A DNA stretch of 64,000 nucleotides. Origin: Auanema rhodensis. Lineage: Eukaryota; Animalia; Nematoda. Positions within the stretch are counted from its first letter, which is position 1. Each line of letters begins with the position of its first letter. Location: NCBI GenBank assembly GCA_964057225.1, contig OZ059896.1, positions 11,594,001 to 11,658,000 on the forward strand, read 5' to 3'. The position numbers and the translations under genes are program-made. The notes below the pieces were generated by a model, which was not told where the DNA came from, searched no databases, and was given only the letters and a program-made list of their open reading frames with translations. Below are positions 54,801 through 64,000 of this stretch, one piece after another.

Positions 54801-57340
54801 TGCTCAAAAACTGAAACATTTAAATATTTTGTATTTTCTTAACCATTACACTCCATCTCTTTCACTTAATCCCATATTTTAAACAATTTCATAATTCTAC
54901 CACTATTTCATAATTTCATTCTTTAAAATTTTATTCATTAAAAAATATTTAAATTTCAATATTGTGATGCTCAAAAACTGAAACATTTAAATATTTTGTA
55001 TTTTCTTAACCATTACACTCCATCTCTTTTACTTAATCCCATATTTTAAACAATTTCATAATTCTACCACTATTTCATAATTTCATTCTTTAAAATTTTA
55101 TTCATTAAAAAACATTTAAATTTCAATATTGTGATGCTCAAAAACTGAAACATTTAAATATTTTGTATTTTCTAAACCATTTCACTAAATCTATTCTATT
55201 TAATTCCATATTTTAAACAATTTTATAATTCTACCACTATTTCATAATTTCATTCTTTAAAATTTTATTCATTAAAAAATATTTAAATTTCAATATTGTG
55301 ATGCTCAAAAACTGAAACATTTAAATATTTTGTATTTTCTAAACCATTTCACTAAATCTATTCTATTTAATTCCATATTTTAAACAATTTTATAATTCTA
55401 CCACTATTTCATAATTTCATTCTTTAAATTTTTAATCATTAAAAAACATTTAAATTTCAATATTGTGATGCTCAAAAACTGAAACATTTAAATATTTTGT
55501 ATTTTCTTAACCATTACACTCCATCTCTTTTATTTAATCCCATATTTTAAACAATTTCATAATTCTACCACTATTTCATAATTTCATTCTTTAAAATTTT
55601 ATTCATTAAAAAATATTTAAATTTCAATATTGTGATGCTCAAAAACTGAAACATTTAAATATTTTGTATTTTCTAAACCATTTCACTAAATCTATTCTAT
55701 TTAATTCCATATTTTAAACAATTTTATAATTCTACCACTATTTCATAATTTCATTCTTTAAATTTTTAATCATTAAAAAACATTTAAATTTCAATATTGT
55801 GATGCTCAAAAACTGAAACATTTAAATATTTTGTATTTTCTTAACCATTACACTCCATCTCTTTTATTTAATCCCATATTTTAAACAATTTCATAATTCT
55901 ACCACTATTTCATAATTTCATTCTTTAAAATTTTATTCATTAAAAAATATTTAAATTTCAATATTGTGATGCTCAAAAACTGAAACATTTAAATATTTTG
56001 TATTTTCTTAACCATTACACTCCATCTCTTTTATTTAATCCCATATTTTAAACAATTTCATAATTCTACCACTATTTCATAATTTCATTCTTTAAAATTT
56101 TATTCATTAAAAAATATTTAAATTTCAATATTGTGATGCTCAAAAACTGAAACATTCAAATATTTTGTATTTTCTAAACCATTTCACTAAATCTATTTTA
56201 TTTAATTCCATATTTTAAACAATTTTATAATTCTACCACTATTTCATAATTTCATTCTTTAAATTTTTAATCATTAAAAAACATTTAAATTTCAATATTG
56301 TGATGCTCAAAAACTGAAACATTTAAATATTTTGTATTTTCTAAACCATTTCACTAAATCTATTTTATTTAATTCCATATTTTTCACTAAATCTATTTTA
56401 TTTAATTCCATATTTTAAACAATTTTATAATTCTACCACTATTTCATAATTTCATTCTTTAAATTTTTAATCATTAAAAAACATATAAATTTCAATATTG
56501 TGATACTCAAAAACTGAAACATTTGAATATTTTATATTTTCTAAACCATTTCACTCCATCTCTTTTATTTAATTCCATTTTTTAAACAATTTTATAATTC
56601 TACGACTATTTCATAATTTCATTTTTTAAATTTTTAATCTTTAAAAAACATATAAGTTTCAATATTGTGATGATCAAAAACTGAAACATTTAAATATTTT
56701 GTATTTTCTAAACCATTTCACTAAATCTATTTTATTTAATTCCATATTTTAAACAATTTTATAATTCTGCGACTATTTCATAATTTCATTTTTTAAATTT
56801 TTAATCATTAAAAAACATTTAAATTTCAATATTGTGATGCTCAAAAACTGAAACATTTAAATATTTTGTATTTTCTTAACCATTTCACTCTATCTATTTT
56901 ATTTAATTCCATATTTTAAACAATTTTATATTTCTACCACGAATTCATAACTTCATTTTTTAAATTTTTAATCATTAAAAAACATTTAAATTTCAATATT
57001 GCGATGCTCAATAACTAAAACATTTAAATATTTTGTATTTTCTAAACCATTTCACTCCATCTCTTTTATTTAATTCCATATTTTAAACAATTTTATATTT
57101 CTACCACAATTTCATAATTTCATTTTTTAAATTTTTAATCATTAAAAAACATTTAAATTTCGATATTGTGATGCTCAAAAACTGAAACATTTAAATATTT
57201 TGTATTTTCTAAACCATTTCACTCTATCTATTTTATTTAATTCCATATTTTAAATAATTTTATATTTCTACCACTATTTCATAATTTCATTTTTTAAATC
57301 TTTAATCATTAAAAAACATTTAAATTTCAATATTGTGATG
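51816..57340 (+). repeat. 167-bp satellite array, block 4 (~33 monomers, more diverged after ~56300)
   Basis: Same monomer and orientation. Confidence 0.97.
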
Positions 57341-57377
57341 AGTAGAGAGCCATGCCGAATTTACTATACACGACCAA

Positions 57378-57486
57378 CAGTTGCTAAAAACATACTTTTG
57401 AGGGCGTCAGCTGCTAAAAGCATACTTTTGGGGGCGTCAGCTGTCAAAATCATATTTTCGGCGTCAGCTGTCAAAAATATACTTTT
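57378..57486. repeat. Four 27-30-bp tandem repeats (cagctgctaaaagcatacttttgggggcgt-like)
   Basis: Units start at 57378, 57408, 57438 and 57465. The same repeats occur at +4281 in copy 2. Confidence 0.9.
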
Positions 57487-57509
57487 CCTCCCGAGGCAGG
57501 CTCTCGAGC

Positions 57510-59551
57510 CTGCGCATGGATCAAAATGCATGATTTTTTTTAAAATCATTTTTAAAATTATTTTTTTAATGTTTTTTTAAGGAATTTTTATTATTTATAT
57601 ATTTGTTAATTGTATTTGTAAATATTTTTTAAAATTATTTCTTTTTAAATGTATTTTTAATATTTTTATATGTTTTAAATATTATTATTTAATTATTTCT
57701 TTTTAAATGTATTTTAATATTTATATATTTTTTGATTGTTTTTATAATATTTATACATTTGAATAAACTTTTTAATATATATTTTTTTTTTTTATATTAG
57801 TTTTAATTTATAAAATTTGAATATATATGAAAGCTAATTTATATGTTCACCGTACCTCTTATGGGTTAATCAATGGAACTCATATCGAAGGTTAATTCGA
57901 TAAGATATATTTTATATATTTATTTTTTAATTTTATTTGTTTACATTGTTTATAGTTTGTGCTTATTATAGTTTATAATTATTAATTTAACTTTTAAAAA
58001 GTTTGTTGTTTTTCTAGGCGAACCATTTTGTTCACCGTACCTGATATGGGTAAATCAATGGAACACATATCGAAAGTTAATTCGATAAGAACGATATGAA
58101 ATACAAAAGTTAATGAAACACATATCGAAGGTTAATTCGATAAGATCGTTAAAACAGGTGCACTGACCAACACAAGAACCACATGGCAAACGTTTTGTTC
58201 ATTAAAATATGATAAATAGCTGTACACCACATGTACCAAGTTGTCTAATATTTTCAAATTACATGAAAGAATAGTTTAAAGAAATTGTTTTAAATTTTAT
58301 ATTAGTATATTCTAATATACTAACTCAATAAAACACATATCGAAGGTTAATTCGATAGGATTCACAAACAATTGTGTTGTTTCCAATGGAATACATATCG
58401 AAGATTAATTCGATAAGATCGTTAAAACAGGTGCGCTGACCCACACATGTACCACATGGCAAAAGTTTTGTTCATTAAAATATGATAAATAGCTGTACAG
58501 CACAAGTACCCATAACGCTAAAAAGAATACCTGCGCATGGATCAAAATGCATGATTTTTTTTAAAATCATTTTTAAAATTATTTTTTTAATGTTTTTTTA
58601 AGGAATTTTTATTATTTATATATTTGTTAATTGTATTTGTAAATATTTTTTAAAATTATTTCTTTTTAAATGTATTTTTAATATTTTTATATGTTTTAAA
58701 TATTATTATTTAATTATTTCTTTTTAAATGTATTTTAATATTTATATATTTTTTGATTGTTTTTATAATATTTATACATTTGAATAAACTTTTTAATATA
58801 TATTATTTTTTTTTATATTAGTTTTAATTTATAAAATTTGAATATATATGAAAGCTAATTTATATGTTCACCGTACCTCTTATGGGTTAATCAATGGAAC
58901 TCATATCGAAGGTTAATTCGATAAGATATATTTTATATATTTATTTTTTAATTTTATTTGTTTACATTGTTTATAGTTTGTGCTTATTATAGTTTATAAT
59001 TATTAATTTAACTTTTAAAAAGTTTGTTGTTTTTCTAGGCGAACCATTTTGTTCACCGTACCTGATATGGGTAAATCAATGGAACACATATCGAAAGTTA
59101 ATTCGATAAGAACGATATGAAATACAAAAGTTAATGAAACACATATCGAAGGTTAATTCGATAAGATCGTTAAAACAGGTGCACTGACCAACACAAGAAC
59201 CACATGGCAAACGTTTTGTTCATTAAAATATGATAAATAGCTGTACACCACATGTACCAAGTTGTCTAATATTTTCAAATTACATGAAAGAATAGTTTAA
59301 AGAAATTGTTTTAAATTTTATATTAGTATATTCTAATATACTAACTCAATAAAACACATATCGAAGGTTAATTCGATAGGATTCACAAACAATTGTGTTG
59401 TTTCCAATGGAATACATATCGAAGATTAATTCGATAAGATCGTTAAAACAGGTGCGCTGACCCACACATGTACCACATGGCAAAAGTTTTGTTCATTAAA
59501 ATATGATAAATAGCTGTACAGCACAAGTACCCATAACGCTAAAAAGAATAC
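57510..59551. repeat. 1021-bp direct tandem duplication inside the element
   Basis: ctgcgcatggatcaaaatgcatg at 57510 and 58531. aaaagaatac ends at 58530 and 59551. Absent from copy 2. Confidence 0.95.
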
Positions 59552-59870
59552 TTACCATGCCAAGGGGTCATGGGTATATACGAATATTTTCAAACTTTTT
59601 AGTATCAAAAATGTTATTGGAACACATATCGAATATTAATTCGATAAGATTGGTGAAACAGATACGTTGACCTACAATGAACCAAATGGCAAAGCACTTG
59701 TTCATTAAAGTATAACAATTAGCTGTATAGCATATGCATCAAGATTTCTAATATTCTCAAATTACGTGGAAAGAAGAGTATATAGAAAAAGTTTTAGTGT
59801 GTATATTACTAATATTCTAATACACTAACTCAATGGAACACATATCGAAGATTAATTCGATAAGATCGAT
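57871..59870. repeat. Array of palindromic ~35-bp cores (aatggaacacaTATCGAAggttaaTTCGATAagat), 12 copies
   Basis: TATCGAA at 57883, 58068, 58123, 58338, 58396, 58904, 59089, 59144, 59359, 59417, 59627, 59843. Confidence 0.92.
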
Positions 59871-59908
59871 AAGAAGAAACAGGTGCGCTGACCACAACAA
59901 TTCATGCG

Positions 59909-61621
59909 TTTTTTTAATCATTGAAAAACGTTTAAATTTCAATATTGTGATGCTCAAAAACTGAAACATTTAAATATTTTGTATTTTCTGAACCATTTCA
60001 TTCCATCTCTTTTTTTTAATCCCATATTTCAAACAACTTTATATTTCTACCACAATTTCATAATTTCATTTTTTAAATTTTTAATCATTAAAAAACATTT
60101 AAATTTCAATATTGTGATGCTCAAAAACTGAAACATTTAAACATTTTGTATTTTCTAAACCATTTCATTCCATCTCTTTTTTTTAATCCCATATTTCAAA
60201 CAACTTTATATTTCTACCACAATTTCATAATTTCATTTTTTAAATTTTTAATCATTAAGAAACATTTACATTTCAATATTGTGATGCTCAAAAACTGAAT
60301 CATTTAAATATTTTGTATTTTCTAAACCATTTCACTAAATCTATTTTATTTAATCCCATATTTTAAACAACGTCATATTTCTACCACAATTTCATAATTT
60401 CATTTTTTAAATTTCTAATCATTAAAAAACATTTAAATTTCAATATTGTGATGCTGAAAAACTGAAACATTTAAATATTTTGTATTTTCTAAACCATTTC
60501 ACTAAATCTATTTTATTTAATCCCATATTTTAAACAATTTTATAATTCTACCACTATTTCATAATTTCATTCTTTAAATTTTTAATCATTAAAAAACATA
60601 TAAATTTCAATATTGTGATACTCAAAAACTGAAACATTTGAATATTTTATATTTTCTAAACCATTTCACTTCATCTCTTTTATTTAATTCCATTTTTTAA
60701 ACAATTTTATAATTCTACGACTATTTCATAATTTCATGTTTTAAATTTTTAATCATTAAAAAACATTTAAATTTCAATATTGTGATGCTCAAAAACTGAA
60801 ACATTTTAATATTTTGTATTTTCTAAACCATTTCACTAAATCTATTTTATTTAATTCCATTTTTTAAACAATTTTATAATTCTACCACTATTTCATAATT
60901 TCATTCTTTAAATTTTTAATCATTAAAAAACATATAAATTTCAATATTGTGATGCTCAAAAACTGAAACATTTAAATATTTTGTATTTTCTTAACCATTT
61001 CACCAAATCTATTTTATTTAATTCCATATTTTAAACAATTTTATAATTCTACCACTATTTCATAATTTCATTCTTTAAAATTTTAATCATTAAAAAACAT
61101 ATAAATTTAAATATTGTGATGATCAAAACCGAAACATTTAAATATTTTGTATTTTCTAAACCATTTCACTAAATCTATTTTATTTAATTCCATATTTTAA
61201 ACAATTTCATAATTCTACGACTATTTCATAACTTCATTTTTTAAATTTTTAATCATTAAAAAACATTTAAATTTCAATATTGTGATGCTCAAAAACTGAA
61301 ACATTTAAATATTTTGTATTTTCTAAACCATTTCACTAAATCAATTTTATTTAATCCCATATTTTAAACAATTTCATAATTCTACCACTATTTCATAATT
61401 TCATTCTTTAAATTTTTAATCATTAAAAAACATTTACATTTCAATATTGTGATGCTCAAAAACTGAAACATTTAAATATTTTGTATTTTCTAAACCATTT
61501 CACTCTATCTATTTTATTTAATTCCATATTTTAAATAATTTTATATTTCTACCACTATTTCATAATTTCATTTTTTAAATTTTTAATCATTAAAAAACAT
61601 TTAAATTTCAATATTGTGATG
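59909..61621 (+). repeat. 167-bp satellite array, block 5 (~10 diverged monomers)
   Basis: Same monomer with more private substitutions (ttttctgaacc, atgctgaaaa, gtgatactc). Confidence 0.96.
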
Positions 61622-63168
61622 AGTAGAGAGCCATGCCGAATTTACTAACCACGACCAACAGTTGCTAAAAACATACTTTTGAGGGCGTCAGCTGCTAAAA
61701 GCATACTTTTGGGGGCGTCAGCTGTCAAAATCATATTTTCGGCGTCAGCTGTCAAAAATATACTTTTCCTCCCGAGGCAGGCTCTCGAGCCTGCCCATGG
61801 ATCAAAATGCATGATTTTTTTTAAAATCATTTTTAAAATTATTTTTTTAATGTTTTTTTAAGGAATTTTTATTATTTATATATTTGTTAATTGTATTTGT
61901 AAATATTTTTTAAAATTATTTCTTTTTAAATGTATTTTTAATATTTTTATATGTTTTAAATATTATTATTTAATTATTTCTTTTTAAATGTATTTTAATA
62001 TTTATATATTTTTTGATTGTTTTTATAATATTTATACATTTGAATAAACTTTTTAATATATATTATTTTTTTTTATATTAGTTTTAATTTATAAAATTTG
62101 AATATATATGAAAGCTAATTAATATGTTCACCGTACCTCTTATGGGTTAATCAATGGAACTCATATCGAAGGTTAATTCGATAAGATATATTTTATATAT
62201 TTATTTTTTAATTTTATTTGTTTACATTGTTTATAGTTTGTGCTTATTATAGTTTATAATTATTAATTTAACTTTTAAAAAGTTTGTTGTTTTTCTAGGC
62301 GAACCATTTTGTTCACCGTACCTGATATGGGTAAATCAATGGAACACATATCGAAAGTTAATTCGATAAGAACGATATGAAATACAAAAGTTAATGAAAC
62401 ACATATCGAAGGTTAATTCGATAAGATCGTTAAAACAGGTGCACTGACCAACACAAGAACCACATGGCAAACGTTTTGTTCATTAAAATATGATAAATAG
62501 CTGTACACCACATGTACCAAGTTGTCTAATATTTTCAAATTACATGAAAGAATAGTTTAAAGAAATTGTTTTAAATTTTATATTAGTATATTCTAATATA
62601 CTAACTCAATAAAACACATATCGAAGGTTAATTCGATAGGATTCACAAACAATTGTGTTGTTTCCAATGGAATACATATCGAAGATTAATTCGATAAGAT
62701 CGTTAAAACAGGTGCGCTGACCCACACATGTACCACATGGCAAAAGTTTTGTTCATTAAAATATGATAAATAGCTGTACAGCACAAGTACCCATAACGCT
62801 AAAAAGAATACTTACCATGCCAAGGGGTCATGGGTATATACGAATATTTTCAAACTTTTTAGTATCAAAAATGTTATTGGAACACATATCGAATATTAAT
62901 TCGATAAGATTGGTGAAACAGATACGTTGACCTACAATGAACCAAATGGCAAAGCACTTGTTCATTAAAGTATAACAATTAGCTGTATAGCATATGCATC
63001 AAGATTTCTAATATTCTCAAATTACGTGGAAAGAAGAGTATATAGAAAAAGTTTTAGTGTGTATATTACTAATATTCTAATACACTAACTCAATGGAACA
63101 CATATCGAAGATTAATTCGATAAGATCGATAAGAAGAAACAGGTGCGCTGACCACAACAATTCATGCG
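61622..63168. mobile_element. Unclassified non-coding repeat-rich insertion, copy 2 (1547 bp)
   Basis: Same left and right junctions as copy 1, a few substitutions (actaacca vs actataca; tgcccatgg vs tgcgcatgg), and no 1021-bp duplication. Confidence 0.55.
62152..63130. repeat. Array of palindromic ~35-bp cores, 7 copies
   Basis: TATCGAA-N6-TTCGATA at 62164, 62349, 62404, 62619, 62677, 62887, 63103. Confidence 0.92.
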
Positions 63169-64000
63169 TTTTTTTAATCATTGAAAAACATTTAAATTTC
63201 AATATTGTGATGCTCAAAAACTGAAACATTTAAATATTTTGTATTTTCTGAACCATTTCATTCCATCTCTTTTTTTTAATCCCATATTTCAAACAACTTT
63301 ATATTTCTACCACAATTTCATAATTTCATTTTTTAAATTTTTAATCATTAAAAAACATTTAAATTTCAATATTGTGATGCTCAAAAACTGAAACATTTAA
63401 ACATTTTGTATTTTCTAAACCATTTCATTCCATCTCTTTTTTTTAATCCCATATTTCAAACAACTTTATATTTCTACCACAATTTCATAATTTCATTTTT
63501 TAAATTTTTAATCATTAAGAAACATTTACATTTCAATATTGTGATGCTCAAAAACTGAAACATTTAAATATTTTGTATTTTCTAAACCATTTCACTAAAT
63601 CTATTTTATTTAATCCCATATTTTAAACAACTTCATATTTCTACCACAATTTCATAATTTCATTTTTTAAATTTCTAATCATTAAAAAACATTTAAATTT
63701 CAATATTGTGATGCTGAAAAACTGAAACATTTAAATATTTTGTACTTTCTAAACCATTTCACTAAATCTATTTTATTTAATCCCATATTTTAAACAATTT
63801 TATAATTCTACCACTATTTCATAATTTCATTCTTTAAATTTTTAATCATTAAAAAACATATAAATTTCAATATTGTGATACTCAAAAACTGAAACATTTG
63901 AACATTTTATATTTTCTAAACCATTTCACTTCATCTCTTTTATTTAATTCCATTTTTTAAACAATTTTATAATTCTACGACTATTTCATAATTTCATTTT
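63169..64000 (+). repeat. 167-bp satellite array, block 6 (runs off window)
   Basis: Near-copy of 59909-60740 at +3260. Confidence 0.96.

Larger units (their letters stand above)
57341..59908. mobile_element. Unclassified non-coding repeat-rich insertion, copy 1 (2568 bp incl. internal 1021-bp duplication); possibly a truncated transposon end
   Basis: Abrupt exit from satellite at tattgtgatg|agtagagagc and return at catgcg|tttttttaatcatt. Contains 30-bp repeats, a GC hairpin, a very AT-rich tract and 12 palindromic cores. No TIR pair, short TSD or credible ORF, so mobile origin is inferred. Confidence 0.55.

Noticed and set aside
57335-57580. Short ORFs over the 30-bp repeats (also 61645-61861)
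   Set aside because: The peptide periodicity just reflects the DNA repeat. They are open on both strands, some start in satellite, and they have no domain.
57883-57902. Heat-shock element or DRE (TATCGATA) reading of the palindrome
   Set aside because: The nGAAnnTTCn spacing is not met, and the DRE is matched only partially.
59548-59575. ATACTTACC...AGGGG resembling the U1 snRNA 5' end, or a minus-strand GGTAAGTAT splice donor (also ~62808)
   Set aside because: Only a 9-nt match. No recognisable U1 body or Sm site follows, and there is no credible adjoining exon.
59651-59661. Nematode piRNA Ruby motif CTGTTTCA on the minus strand (and ATGTTTCA in each satellite monomer)
   Set aside because: There is one exact hit per element copy and it is not conserved in paralogous units. 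The host is unknown and no small-RNA evidence is available.
57871-63130. CRISPR array interpretation of the palindromic ~35-bp repeats
   Set aside because: Spacing is irregular (55-216 bp), the spacers are homologous to each other, there are no cas genes, and the context is eukaryotic satellite.

Overview
Eukaryotic heterochromatin-like window with no host gene, rRNA, tRNA or CRISPR array. The host is probably an AT-rich invertebrate, but it cannot be fixed from sequence alone. About 85% of the window is one head-to-tail 167-bp satellite (~83% AT, roughly 320 monomers, all in one orientation). It shows nested multi-monomer duplications and local variant domains. Three kinds of insertion interrupt the array. 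(1) An apparently full-length, intact CR1-group LINE (33637-38280; ORF1, APE-RT ORF2, (AAAC)n tail, ACTATTT target duplication). Its ORF2 endonuclease begins with no in-frame AUG. (2) Two copies of a 538-bp Merlin/IS1016-type non-autonomous DNA transposon (68-bp TIRs, 8-bp TSD, transposase N-terminal remnant), copied together with flanking satellite at a 5,890-bp offset. (3) Two copies of an unclassified non-coding 1.5/2.6-kb element. It starts AGTAGAGAG and carries 30-bp tandem repeats, a GC hairpin and an array of conserved palindromes (TATCGAA-N6-TTCGATA) set in diverged repeats. This third element is the least explained and most interesting sequence here.
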